64,000 nucleotides of DNA, taken from contig CBIMYT010000007.1 in assembly GCA_966248215.1 (NCBI GenBank), positions 26,167 to 90,166 on the forward strand, given 5' to 3'. Positions 20,261-34,959 of this stretch are shown here, one piece after another. A program made the translations under genes and the position numbers. Under the pieces are notes generated by a model that was given only the letters and a program-made list of their open reading frames with translations, had not been told where the DNA came from and did not search any database. How positions within the stretch are numbered: the stretch's first letter is position 1; every line of letters starts with the position of its first letter. This DNA is from an uncultured Methylophilus sp. (GTDB taxonomy: Bacteria > Pseudomonadota > Gammaproteobacteria > Burkholderiales > Methylophilaceae).

Positions 20261-21304
20261 ATGACCATCAGCAAGCAATGGAAAAATCTTTGCCTGCGAC
20301 ACCGCGATACCGGCTTGCTTGTGCTCGCCCTGCTCAGCCTGTTAATCGCGGTCATGTCTCCTGGCATCCCGATCAAGCGGGATATCCATACCTACTTCAT
20401 GATTGTCGATATCTCGCAAAGCATGAATGCCATGGACATGACACTGGATCACCGCCCTGCCAGCCGCCTGGAATACACCAAGCGCATGATGCACGACATC
20501 ATCGCCCAGTTGTCCTGCCATAGCAAACTAGGCATAGGCGTATTTGCGGGAAGCACTGTCACTGCGCTGTATATGCCGGTACAGGTCTGCCAGAATTTTT
20601 CGGTGATTGGCGAAACCATTCAACACCTGGACTGGCGCATGGCCTGGAGCGGCAACAGCCGATTACGGGAAAGCCTGTTCAGCACCGCAGAACTATTGCA
20701 CCAGATGCCGGAAATCACCAGTGTGGTTTATTTTACCGATGGCGAAGAAGCCCCGTTATTGCATGCGTATAACACGCATGACCTTGGAGACTTTAAAGCA
20801 GGTAAAGGCTGGCTCTTTGCCGGCATAGGCTCGGAAAAAGGTATCGCCTTGCCTAAGCTGACAGAACATAACCAGGTCATCGGTTACTGGTCGAATGAAA
20901 GTTTTGTGGTGCATCCCAATACTGCGCAAATTTCAACCACCAAGCAGAGCAGCGGTCGCAGCGACGAGGTCGCAGTTTCTGATTACGACAGGTTTATTTC
21001 CAGGCGCGATTCCCATTACCTGCAAACACTGGCCGCCGAAATCGGAGCGCAATATATTAATGCTGATCGCACGCATGCAGTATTGCAGAAAATGCAGCAA
21101 CATGACACTTTCCGCTACGAAGTCACACCGGTCGCGATTGACTGGCTATTTGCCATATTCGCAGCAATATGCCTGCTCGCCGCTTATATTCGCCGCACTT
21201 CCGTGCGCGATATGCAGCACACGCTGAAGCTATATCGCAAACAAGCCAACACCAGACTCTTTTCACGTCGCGATACGGTTGCGCACGAAAATCATTTCCA
21301 GTAA
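20261..21304 (+). CDS. vWA-like membrane protein, MxaL-like, copy 2
   Basis: Colinear with copy 1 over its full length, roughly half the residues identical by eye (IVDISQSMN, HLDWRMAW, VVYFTDGEEAP, NQVIGYWSNESF, tail VAHENHFQ). Confidence 0.55.
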   Translation: MTISKQWKNLCLRHRDTGLLVLALLSLLIAVMSPGIPIKRDIHTYFMIVDISQSMNAMDMTLDHRPASRLEYTKRMMHDIIAQLSCHSKLGIGVFAGSTVTALYMPVQVCQNFSVIGETIQHLDWRMAWSGNSRLRESLFSTAELLHQMPEITSVVYFTDGEEAPLLHAYNTHDLGDFKAGKGWLFAGIGSEKGIALPKLTEHNQVIGYWSNESFVVHPNTAQISTTKQSSGRSDEVAVSDYDRFISRRDSHYLQTLAAEIGAQYINADRTHAVLQKMQQHDTFRYEVTPVAIDWLFAIFAAICLLAAYIRRTSVRDMQHTLKLYRKQANTRLFSRRDTVAHENHFQ

Positions 21305-21313
21305 TTATCCGGT

Positions 21314-21805
21314 TTATTCACGTAAGCCCCATTTCAGCCAGACGCGTAACGCACGCTGCGCGTCAGCATCCGCATGATCAGGCAAGACTAGCAGGCGCGT
21401 GGGCCGTAACCATCGCCACAGCGGCAGCACACCCTCTTTTCCATGCGCTGTTTGCAACTCCAGGTAAGCAATATGCAAGACGATACACCGGTAATGCACT
21501 ACACTGTCAGGCAATACCCGGATACGCCATATTTGTCCAAGGGTATTACGAATGCTCATCTGGCCGAAAACATCCACACGCAGCGCCTGCACACTGAATA
21601 TCCAGCGCGTCGCCAGCCATTGCGTCCATTGCCATCCGCAGGCCATGGCATACATCAGTGTCAGCCCGGCTGCCCAGGCGACAGGCAGGCATAGCCACAG
21701 AGAAAACAGTACTGCAATTGAAAATAGCAGGCACCATCCCCATAAAAATTTAGAGGGATGAAAGCGCAGCACGATTTCACTTGATAAAATGTTTTTTTTC
21801 ATCAC
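21314..21805 (-). CDS. Two-TM inner-membrane protein, YgfX/CptA-like (DUF1434-like)
   Basis: 163 aa with two adjacent TM helices followed by a soluble Arg/Leu-rich C-terminus (LVLPDHADADAQRALRVWL). Topology and position divergent from ygfZ recall E. coli ygfX. Weak. Confidence 0.35.
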   Translation of the reverse strand: MMKKNILSSEIVLRFHPSKFLWGWCLLFSIAVLFSLWLCLPVAWAAGLTLMYAMACGWQWTQWLATRWIFSVQALRVDVFGQMSIRNTLGQIWRIRVLPDSVVHYRCIVLHIAYLELQTAHGKEGVLPLWRWLRPTRLLVLPDHADADAQRALRVWLKWGLRE

Positions 21806-21857
21806 GTTTGTATACGGTGACTGATCATAATCTCACTCACCCATAGGAAGGTCGTAT

Positions 21858-22862
21858 ATGTCCAGCACAGCATGGCAACAATTTTTAGTCGCCCGAGGCG
21901 CCCGATTCACCCCCCAGCTGGAAGCTGCGTTTGCCCTGCCGGAAACACCGGCCCCCGCCCAGTTATTCGATCTGTCCACTTATGGCCTGATCGCCGTGAG
22001 TGGCGATGATGCGCAGGCTTTCCTGCAAGGTCAACTGACCAATGATATTAACCAGCTTGGCCAGGCGGCACAATTCACTGGTTACTGTACGGCAAAAGGC
22101 CGCTTGCTGGCGCTGTTTTATGCGTTCAGTATCAGCAGTACTATTTACCTGCAGTGCCCCCGCGCACTGATTCCTGACCTGGTCAAGCGCTTGCGCATGT
22201 TTGTGTTGCGCAGCAAGGTAGTGATAGATGATGCCAGTGAGCAATTTGTGATACTGGGGCTGGCCAGCGCCGATTCGGCCACGCCTATACAGCACCTGCC
22301 ATTACACCCACACCAAAGCAGCCGGACACCACTGGGCACCGTTATCCGGCTGGCGGACAGTCATGGCAAACAGCGTGCGCAGCTCATCGTGCCGGCAGAA
22401 CAGGCCGAACAGGCATGGCAAACGCTGACAGCCAGCTTTCAGCCAGCCAGTACCAGTCAATGGGACGTGCTGGAAATCCAGGCCGGCATTCCACAAGTCT
22501 ATCCTGCCACCCGGGAGCAATTCGTGCCTCAAATGGTCAACCTGGATGCCCTGGACGGCATCAATTTCAAAAAAGGATGTTATACCGGTCAGGAAATTGT
22601 AGCGCGCACCCACTACCTGGGCAAAGTGAAACGCCGTACCCTGCTGGCAAGCCTGCCTGAAGGAACAGCCGTACCCCAGGCAGGCGATGCCCTGCAAGAC
22701 GCACAACAACAGGAAGCCGGCCAGCTGGTGCGCGTGGCGCCTAAGCAGCAGGGCGACTGGTGGGTACTGGCAGAATGCAGGCTGGAAGCGCAGCAGGCCG
22801 GCAGCATTTTCTGGCAGGAATACGCATTGGTTTTTGCAGACTTGCCCTATTTGCTACCCTGA
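21858..22862 (+). CDS. ygfZ: Folate-binding Fe-S cluster repair / tRNA-modification protein YgfZ
   Basis: Diagnostic KGCYTGQEIVAR motif, aminomethyltransferase-like fold length (334 aa). Confidence 0.85.
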   Translation: MSSTAWQQFLVARGARFTPQLEAAFALPETPAPAQLFDLSTYGLIAVSGDDAQAFLQGQLTNDINQLGQAAQFTGYCTAKGRLLALFYAFSISSTIYLQCPRALIPDLVKRLRMFVLRSKVVIDDASEQFVILGLASADSATPIQHLPLHPHQSSRTPLGTVIRLADSHGKQRAQLIVPAEQAEQAWQTLTASFQPASTSQWDVLEIQAGIPQVYPATREQFVPQMVNLDALDGINFKKGCYTGQEIVARTHYLGKVKRRTLLASLPEGTAVPQAGDALQDAQQQEAGQLVRVAPKQQGDWWVLAECRLEAQQAGSIFWQEYALVFADLPYLLP

Positions 22863-22883
22863 ATCACTTTCCGGGCATAAAAA

Positions 22884-22908
22884 ATGGCGCATCAAGCGCC
22901 ATTTTTTT
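22884..22908. terminator. Bidirectional terminator between convergent ygfZ and ftsB
   Basis: ATGGCGC(22884-22890)/GCGCCAT(22896-22902), flanked by an A-run upstream and a T7 run downstream. Confidence 0.6.
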
Positions 22909-22931
22909 GTCTGTTGAACGCTTTACCGGCT

Positions 22932-23303
22932 TCATTGCGCAGCAGGCTCACTACCAGGAAGAATCGCGCTGGCTGTACCTTTGGGAGGGATATTATTAAT
23001 CACGCCGGCATTGGCTGCCGGCTTTGATGCCTTACGCTGAATCACCTGATAAAACACTTCATCCTGCTTGATCATGCCCAGTTCGCTGCGGGCACGCTCT
23101 TCAATCGCCGATTGACCCTGCTTCAGGTCGCGCACTTCAGCGCGCAAGGTCTCATTGCGTTGCCGGTAATAATCGTTGCGTTTTTCCTGGGTCTCAATCT
23201 GCTGCGAATACTGCCAGACTCGTGACCAGCTGCCTTTGCCCAGCCACAATGGATATTGCAGCAGGGCAATCAGGACAATGAAGATTACGGTCAGTTTACG
23301 CAC
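22932..23303 (-). CDS. ftsB: Cell division protein FtsB
   Basis: N-terminal TM helix, coiled coil and the ERARSELGMIKQDE motif. GTG start. Downstream of eno, as in many proteobacteria. Confidence 0.85.
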   Translation of the reverse strand: MRKLTVIFIVLIALLQYPLWLGKGSWSRVWQYSQQIETQEKRNDYYRQRNETLRAEVRDLKQGQSAIEERARSELGMIKQDEVFYQVIQRKASKPAANAGVINNIPPKGTASAILPGSEPAAQ

Positions 23304-23330
23304 ATTATCCCAGGCAGTGAATTGAATGAA

Positions 23331-24617
<1,287 letters not shown>

Positions 24618-24655
24618 TTATTTTCCTTTTAAAGTCAAATTCAAAAACGTTTTGG

Positions 24656-24720
24656 CCGCCGATAAATACGGATAACTATGTTTTTTTGTATCATCGGCGT
24701 TTATCCGCATTTATCGGCGG
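24656..24720. repeat. Long inverted repeat (20-bp arms, 19/20 paired, 25-nt loop) between kdsA and eno
   Basis: CCGCCGATAAATACGGATAA (24656-24675) pairs with TTATCCGCATTTATCGGCGG (24701-24720). Read directly from the sequence. Confidence 0.7.
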
Positions 24721-24737
24721 TGAAAAGTATTTAATTT

Positions 24738-25577
24738 TTATAATGTCTGCTCTGCAAACCCGGCCTTCTTCACCAGTTTGTCGAGGTCAACCAATAAGTG
24801 CAGTAAGTCTTCCATTTTGCCCAATGGCCAGGCATTCGGCCCATCTGACAAAGCCTGGCTTGGGTCAGGATGCGTTTCCATAAATACACCGGCGATACCA
24901 CTGGCGACCGCAGCGCGCGCCAATACCGGCACAAACTCGCGCTGGCCACCGCTTTTCTCGCCCTGGCCACCAGGCTGTTGTACCGAGTGGGTTGCATCAA
25001 ACACCACCGGGCAATGGGTTTCACGCATAATCGCCAGGCCACGCATATCGGATACCAGCGTGTTATAACCGAAAGACGCACCACGCTCGCAGACCATGAT
25101 ATTGTCCACGCCACCATTGGCTTCCTTGGCTTTATTCACCACCTGTTTCATATCACCAGGCGCCAGGAACTGGCCTTTTTTGATATTGACCGGTTTGCCG
25201 GATTTGGCACAGGCCACAATAAAATCGGTCTGACGGCACAGGAATGCCGGAGTTTGCAATACATCGACCACGGCGGCGACATGCGGCACCTGCTCTTCGG
25301 TATGCACATCGGTCAGGATAGGCACGCCAATCTGCGCACGTACGTCATCCAGAATTTTCAGGCCCTCTTCCATGCCGAAACCACGGAATGTCTTGGTCGA
25401 ACTGCGATTGGCTTTGTCGTAAGAGGACTTATAGATAAATGGCACACCTACACGTGCTGCCATTTCCTTCAATTGACCTGCCGTATCAATCGCCATTTGT
25501 TTGGACTCAATGACGCAAGGCCCTGCAATTAAAAATAATGGATGGTCCAGACCAGCCTCAAAACCACATAACTTCAT
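24738..25577 (-). CDS. kdsA: 3-deoxy-8-phosphooctulonate synthase
   Basis: 279 aa with [22 protein letters not shown] and [11 protein letters not shown]. Confidence 0.95.
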   Translation of the reverse strand: MKLCGFEAGLDHPLFLIAGPCVIESKQMAIDTAGQLKEMAARVGVPFIYKSSYDKANRSSTKTFRGFGMEEGLKILDDVRAQIGVPILTDVHTEEQVPHVAAVVDVLQTPAFLCRQTDFIVACAKSGKPVNIKKGQFLAPGDMKQVVNKAKEANGGVDNIMVCERGASFGYNTLVSDMRGLAIMRETHCPVVFDATHSVQQPGGQGEKSGGQREFVPVLARAAVASGIAGVFMETHPDPSQALSDGPNAWPLGKMEDLLHLLVDLDKLVKKAGFAEQTL

Positions 25578-25603
25578 GATAATCCCTTGTTTAAATTCAG
25601 GTA

Positions 25604-28218
<2,615 letters not shown>

Positions 28219-28242
28219 GCGCAAAACCGCGCAGGCAGATAA

Positions 28243-28698
28243 TTATCGTCCGTGCTGCTTGTTTTTCAGCAGCTGGCTTTGCTCGCGTTTCCAGTCTTTT
28301 TCACGCTCGACATCACGCTTGTCATGCTGTTTCTTGCCTTTGGCCAGACCGATCTGCACCTTGATACGGCCACGCGTAAAGTGCATATCCAGCGGCACGA
28401 TGGTGTAACCGGCACGTTCCACCTTACCGATCAATTTGGCGATTTCTTCATTATGCAGCAGCAGCTTGCGCGTACGAATCGCGTCAGGACGTACATGGGT
28501 GGATGCCGCTCCCAGTGGCGTAACATGGCAGCCAATCAGGTACAGCTCACCCTTGAGAATCACGACATATGCCTCTTTCAGGTTGACGCGGTTATCGCGG
28601 ATCGCCTTGACTTCCCAGCCTTCAAGCACGATACCGGCTTCATGCTTTTCTTCGATAAAGTAGTCAAAAAACGCTTTTTTGTTTTGCGCGATGGTCAT
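28243..28698 (-). CDS. smpB: SsrA-binding protein
   Basis: 151 aa with [20 protein letters not shown] and a basic C-terminal tail. Confidence 0.95.
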   Translation of the reverse strand: MTIAQNKKAFFDYFIEEKHEAGIVLEGWEVKAIRDNRVNLKEAYVVILKGELYLIGCHVTPLGAASTHVRPDAIRTRKLLLHNEEIAKLIGKVERAGYTIVPLDMHFTRGRIKVQIGLAKGKKQHDKRDVEREKDWKREQSQLLKNKQHGR

Positions 28699-28781
28699 AA
28701 CGCTGGTCTGCAGACTTAAATCACTTAAAATAGCATTTTAACCCAAAACCAGCCCCGTTCCGGCGCTAAACTGAATTCCCG

Positions 28782-29216
28782 ATGGCTCAAGTAGAAAAAA
28801 CCGTATTGGTGATGCATTCCTGTGAAACCATGTTTCAACTGGTGGATGCCGTTGAAGATTACGCAAGCTTCCTGCCCTGGTGTGGCGGTAGCGAGATTAT
28901 CGAACGTACAGAACAGGTGACGCAGGCCACTATCCACATCCGTTATCATGGCATCGTCCAGCACTTCACTACGCGCAACCACAAGCAGTTTCCGCACAAA
29001 ATGGATATCTCGCTGGTAGACGGCCCTTTCAAGCACCTGACCGGCCACTGGCAATTCACAGCCCTGCGTGAAGACGCCTGCAAAATCGAATTCAAGCTGG
29101 AATACGTATTTGCCAACGGCCTGATCGAGCGCATCATTGCGCCGGTGTTCAGCCATATTGCCAACACTTTTGTCGACAGCTTTGTCAAACAGGCAGACAA
29201 ACTGAACTCTAGATAA
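28782..29216 (+). CDS. ratA: SRPBCC/START-fold protein of the RatA (YfjG, Coq10-like) family
   Basis: 144 aa with DVEDYASFLPWC. Conserved position divergent from smpB and upstream of rnfH. Confidence 0.8.
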   Translation: MAQVEKTVLVMHSCETMFQLVDAVEDYASFLPWCGGSEIIERTEQVTQATIHIRYHGIVQHFTTRNHKQFPHKMDISLVDGPFKHLTGHWQFTALREDACKIEFKLEYVFANGLIERIIAPVFSHIANTFVDSFVKQADKLNSR

Positions 29217-29224
29217 TTATTCAG

Positions 29225-29548
29225 ATGACAGGGAATGCTGCGAAGACAATCTTGGTAGAAGTGGCTTATGCCTTGCCACACAGGCAAGTCATTATTTCGC
29301 TGCAGGTCACCTGCGGCACCACAGCACTGGCAGCGATTGAGCAATCCGGTATTCTGCAGCAGTTTCCGGAAATCTCACTGGCGGCGTCAAAAATAGGCGT
29401 ATTCGGCAAAATCATTCCCAAGGAGACCGTATTAAATTTCATGGATCGTGTCGAAATCTATAGGCCGCTGATTGCCAATCCCAAGGAAGCGCGCCGGCTA
29501 AGAGCGGCAGAAAAAAATAAAACGGCTGCCAAAACTGGGCAGCCCTAA
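29225..29548 (+). CDS. rnfH: RnfH family ubiquitin-fold protein (YfjF/RatB-like)
   Basis: 107 aa with VEVAYALP ... GVFGK ... DRVEIYRPL ... PKEARR. Confidence 0.8.
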   Translation: MTGNAAKTILVEVAYALPHRQVIISLQVTCGTTALAAIEQSGILQQFPEISLAASKIGVFGKIIPKETVLNFMDRVEIYRPLIANPKEARRLRAAEKNKTAAKTGQP

Positions 29549-29580
29549 CCAGAAAATCGTGCGTAATTTAACAGGCCGCG

Positions 29581-30126
29581 CTATTGAAGCGGACAATTTT
29601 CGTCAATGTCCCGCTGCGCCTGCGCCAGCCCTTCACGAATCTGCTCATCGGTTAAATATTCTTTTTCGCCCTGCTCATTCACATTCTGCATGCGCCCGCC
29701 CACCGCATAATTGCGATAGTTGGATCGCGCCGCAGCGCAGTTTTGTGCTTTGATACGTGCTTCCATCGCCCGGACTTTCGCATCACTTTCTTCCGCAGGC
29801 AGATTTTCCGTCTTGACCTGATTCGCTGGCGACTCTTTATCTGAAGCGGGCTTGTCTGCTTTATAAGCATCAGAACGGGTCAGGGGAAATCCATTCGACA
29901 CCGTTGTTGCCTGGATAGGCAGGGCGTTCTTCTGCCCCGCAGGCGGTGGCGTATCGGAATAATTCATGATGCCTTTTGCATCCCGCCATTTATAAATTTC
30001 GGCATGCACCGGCATGTGCAACAAACATGCAATAAACACCAGTTTCGGGATAACTTTGACTACGTTCAATTTGGATTCCTGCTTGCAAGGCACACGCCCG
30101 CCTTTATTATAAAGAAAGCCATGCAC
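29581..30126 (-). CDS. DUF4124 domain exported protein
   Basis: The motif EIYKWRDAKGIMNYSDTPP follows a signal peptide. The real start is probably the TTG at 30069 (AGGA 7 nt upstream), giving MNVVKVIPKLVF... Confidence 0.6.
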   Translation of the reverse strand: MHGFLYNKGGRVPCKQESKLNVVKVIPKLVFIACLLHMPVHAEIYKWRDAKGIMNYSDTPPPAGQKNALPIQATTVSNGFPLTRSDAYKADKPASDKESPANQVKTENLPAEESDAKVRAMEARIKAQNCAAARSNYRNYAVGGRMQNVNEQGEKEYLTDEQIREGLAQAQRDIDENCPLQ

Positions 30127-30219
30127 AAATCATGCCAGACAGCAGCCATACGCTTTGAAGAAATGCAAATCGCTTTGTCAAGACAAGACGAAATCGGTAT
30201 AATTATATTTTGGAGATAA

Positions 30220-31689
<1,470 letters not shown>

Positions 31690-31708
31690 ACATTGTTTAA
31701 ACACAAAA

Positions 31709-31736
31709 GCGCAGCAGTTTTGACCGCTGCGCTTTT
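31709..31736 (+). terminator. Hairpin plus T-run after guaB
   Basis: GCGCAGC(31709-31715)/GCTGCGC(31726-31732) followed by TTTTG. Confidence 0.55.
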
Positions 31737-31761
31737 GTTCATTCTAGTGACCTGAAAATTT

Positions 31762-33366
31762 ATGCACTCAAAAATCCTGATTCTTGACTTTGGTTCGCAA
31801 GTAACGCAGTTGATTGCGCGTCGTGTCCGCGAAGCCCACGTTTATTGTGAAATTCATCCCTGCGATGTTTCGGATGAATTTGTCCGTAACTTTGGGGCGG
31901 ACGGCATTATCCTGAGCGGCAGCCATGCCAGCGTCTATGAAGAAGAAACCGACAAGGCCCCACAAGCTGTATTTGAGCTTGGCGTGCCGGTCATGGGCAT
32001 TTGCTATGGTATGCAAACCATGGCGCAACAACTGGGCGGCAAAGTGGAAGCCGGCCACAAACGTGAATTCGGTTACGCGCAAGTGCGCGCCCGCGGCCAC
32101 TCTGCCCTGTTCCGCGACATCCAGGATGCCACCAACGCAGAAGGCCACGGCCTGATTGACGTATGGATGAGCCATGGCGATAAAGTGACTGAATTGCCAG
32201 CTGGCTTTAAAGTGATTGCCAGCAATGACACCACACCGATTGCGGCGATGGCAGATGAAGACCGCAAGTTTTACGCGGTGCAGTTCCACCCGGAAGTGAC
32301 GCATACCAAACAAGGCCAGGCCATGCTGCAACGCTTTGTGCTGGATATCTGCGCTGCCAAACCTGACTGGATCATGGGTGACTATATTGCCGAAGCGGTA
32401 GCAAAAATCAAAGCCCAGGTCGGTGATGAAGAAGTCATTTTAGGTTTGTCTGGCGGCGTGGACTCTTCTGTAGCAGCCGCACTGATTCACCGCGCCATTG
32501 GCGATCAGCTGACTTGCGTATTTGTGGATCATGGCCTGTTACGCCTGGATGAAGGCAAGATGGTGATGGAAATGTTTGCCGGTCGCCTGCATGCCAAAGT
32601 CATTCATGTCGATGCCACGGCACAATTCATGGGTCAACTGGCAGGCGTCAGCGACCCGGAAGCCAAACGCAAGATCATAGGCCGCGAATTTGTGGAAGTC
32701 TTCAAGGCCGAAGCGGCCAAACTCAAAGCCAGCGGCGCTGGCCACAAAGGTGCCACTTTCCTGGCACAAGGCACGATTTACCCTGATGTCATTGAATCCG
32801 GTGGTGCCAAATCCAAAAAAGCCGTGACCATCAAGAGCCATCACAACGTTGGCGGTTTACCAGAGCAACTGGGATTGAAACTGCTGGAACCATTGCGTGA
32901 CCTGTTTAAAGACGAAGTGCGTGAACTTGGGGTTGCTTTGGGATTGCCACGCGAAATGGTCTACCGTCATCCATTCCCCGGCCCGGGCCTGGGGGTACGT
33001 ATCCTGGGTGAAGTGAAAAAAGAATTTGCAGATTTACTGCGCCTGGCAGATGCCATTTTCATTGAAGAGTTGCGTAATACTGTTGATGAAAAATCCGGCA
33101 AAACCTGGTATGACCTGACCAGCCAGGCATTCACCGTGTTCCTGCCGGTCAAATCCGTAGGCGTGATGGGCGATGGCCGGACTTACGACTATGTGGTCTC
33201 CCTGCGTGCCGTGATTACCAGCGACTTTATGACTGCACACTGGGCAGAACTGCCATACAGTCTGCTGGGCAAAGTCTCCAACCGTATTATTAATGAAGTG
33301 CGCGGTATTAACCGCGTGGTTTATGATATTTCCGGCAAACCACCTGCAACCATTGAGTGGGAATAA
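31762..33366 (+). CDS. guaA: GMP synthase (glutamine-hydrolysing)
   Basis: 534 aa with the GATase motif GICYGMQ, the ATP-PPase motif SGGVDSS and the C-terminal PPATIEWE. Confidence 0.97.
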   Translation: MHSKILILDFGSQVTQLIARRVREAHVYCEIHPCDVSDEFVRNFGADGIILSGSHASVYEEETDKAPQAVFELGVPVMGICYGMQTMAQQLGGKVEAGHKREFGYAQVRARGHSALFRDIQDATNAEGHGLIDVWMSHGDKVTELPAGFKVIASNDTTPIAAMADEDRKFYAVQFHPEVTHTKQGQAMLQRFVLDICAAKPDWIMGDYIAEAVAKIKAQVGDEEVILGLSGGVDSSVAAALIHRAIGDQLTCVFVDHGLLRLDEGKMVMEMFAGRLHAKVIHVDATAQFMGQLAGVSDPEAKRKIIGREFVEVFKAEAAKLKASGAGHKGATFLAQGTIYPDVIESGGAKSKKAVTIKSHHNVGGLPEQLGLKLLEPLRDLFKDEVRELGVALGLPREMVYRHPFPGPGLGVRILGEVKKEFADLLRLADAIFIEELRNTVDEKSGKTWYDLTSQAFTVFLPVKSVGVMGDGRTYDYVVSLRAVITSDFMTAHWAELPYSLLGKVSNRIINEVRGINRVVYDISGKPPATIEWE

Positions 33367-33414
33367 CCTCTTAATTACCCGATTCGAACTCACCTTAAAA
33401 CAGAGCATAAAACG

Positions 33415-34434
33415 ATGAGCACAAAATCCATTATCCTCACCGGCGACCGCCCTACCGGCCCATTACATTTAGGCCACTTTGTCGGCAGCCTGCGTAACCG
33501 TGTCAAATACCAGCATGAATACAAGCAATATGTGATGCTGGCTGACGCGCAGGCACTGACCGACAATATGGATGATATTGATAAGGTACATCGTAATGTG
33601 GTGGAAGTGGCGCTGGATTATCTGGCCGTTGGCATAGACCCCAAGTTATCCACCATTTTTATCCAGTCCCAGGTGCCTGAGCTGACTGAACTGGCGTTTT
33701 ACTACCTGAATCTGGTCACCGTTGCACGCCTGGAAAGAAACCCGACCGTGAAAGAAGAAATCCGCCTGCGTGATTTCGAACGTGATATTCCAGCCGGTTT
33801 CCTCACCTATCCCGTCAGCCAGGCAGCAGATATCACGGCATTTAAGGCAACATTGGTACCGGTTGGTGAAGACCAGATTCCGATGATTGAACAGACTAAC
33901 GAAATCGTGCGCCGTTTTAACCGCACTTATAAACACGCCAGCACCAAACAGGAAATCCTGGTGGAAACCAAAGCGCTGGTGCCTGAACTTGGCCGCTTGC
34001 CCGGCATTGATGGCAAAGCCAAAATGAGTAAATCTCTGGGCAATGTGATTAATCTGGGCGCGACTGCCGATGAAGTCACCAAAGCCGTGAAACGCGTGTA
34101 CACCGACCCGTTGCACCTGAAAATTGAAGACCCGGGCCATGTTGAAGGCAATATCGCCTTTACCTACCTGGATGCGTTTGATACGGACAAGGCCGCTGTG
34201 GCCGAACTGAAAGCGCATTACACGCGCGGCGGCCTGGCAGACAGCATTGTGAAAAAACGCCTGGAAGCCGTGTTGCAGGAAATGCTGGAACCTATCCGTA
34301 CCCGTCGTGCCGAGCTGGCGAATGATAAGGGCTACATCCTGCAATTGCTGCGTGAAGGTACTGAACAAGCGCGGGAAGTCGCGGCACAGACCATGAGTGA
34401 AGTCCGCGCAGCACTGGGCCTGACCTATTTCTGA
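33415..34434 (+). CDS. trpS: Tryptophan--tRNA ligase
   Basis: HIGH-type motif ([10 protein letters not shown]) and KMSKS present, 339 aa. Confidence 0.93.
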   Translation: MSTKSIILTGDRPTGPLHLGHFVGSLRNRVKYQHEYKQYVMLADAQALTDNMDDIDKVHRNVVEVALDYLAVGIDPKLSTIFIQSQVPELTELAFYYLNLVTVARLERNPTVKEEIRLRDFERDIPAGFLTYPVSQAADITAFKATLVPVGEDQIPMIEQTNEIVRRFNRTYKHASTKQEILVETKALVPELGRLPGIDGKAKMSKSLGNVINLGATADEVTKAVKRVYTDPLHLKIEDPGHVEGNIAFTYLDAFDTDKAAVAELKAHYTRGGLADSIVKKRLEAVLQEMLEPIRTRRAELANDKGYILQLLREGTEQAREVAAQTMSEVRAALGLTYF

Positions 34435-34453
34435 TGGCATGTAAACAGCTGAC

Positions 34454-34951
34454 ATGAGTCGCGGATTTGTCAAGGAAGATGACCTCGAGCTGGCAGGCAC
34501 CGATTTACCGGAACGCCCGCTCAGCCCGCACGTCAACTATGTCACGCCCAACGGTTTGCAGCAGTTGCAGCAGACCGTGAGATCGCTGGAAAAAGAACGT
34601 ACCAACTATGCTGCGCGTAAGGAAGACCCGAATGCGCAGCAGAAACTGGCAGAAATTGACCGCGACCTGCGTTACTTTGTCGCCCGACTGGAATCGGCGC
34701 AACCGGTAGACCCGGCCCAGCAACCGCGCCATACCGTGTTATTTGGCGCAACCGTGACTGTTGAAAATGAAGAAGGTGAACAACTGTTATTCCGGATTGT
34801 GGGTGAAGACGAAGCAGAAATTGCACAGCAGAAAGTCAGCTATGTTTCGCCCGTCGCCAAAGCCCTGCTGGGACGCAAAGTCGGCGACAGTACCCTGTGG
34901 CAACGTCCGGCTGGCCCATTACAGCTGGAAATTTTAAAGATTGAATATTGA
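34454..34951 (+). CDS. GreA/GreB-family transcript cleavage factor homolog
   Basis: 165 aa with a coiled-coil N-terminus and a C-terminal FKBP-like domain (VSYVSPVAKALLGRKVGD). Confidence 0.7.
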   Translation: MSRGFVKEDDLELAGTDLPERPLSPHVNYVTPNGLQQLQQTVRSLEKERTNYAARKEDPNAQQKLAEIDRDLRYFVARLESAQPVDPAQQPRHTVLFGATVTVENEEGEQLLFRIVGEDEAEIAQQKVSYVSPVAKALLGRKVGDSTLWQRPAGPLQLEILKIEY

Positions 34952-34959
34952 AGAACCCA

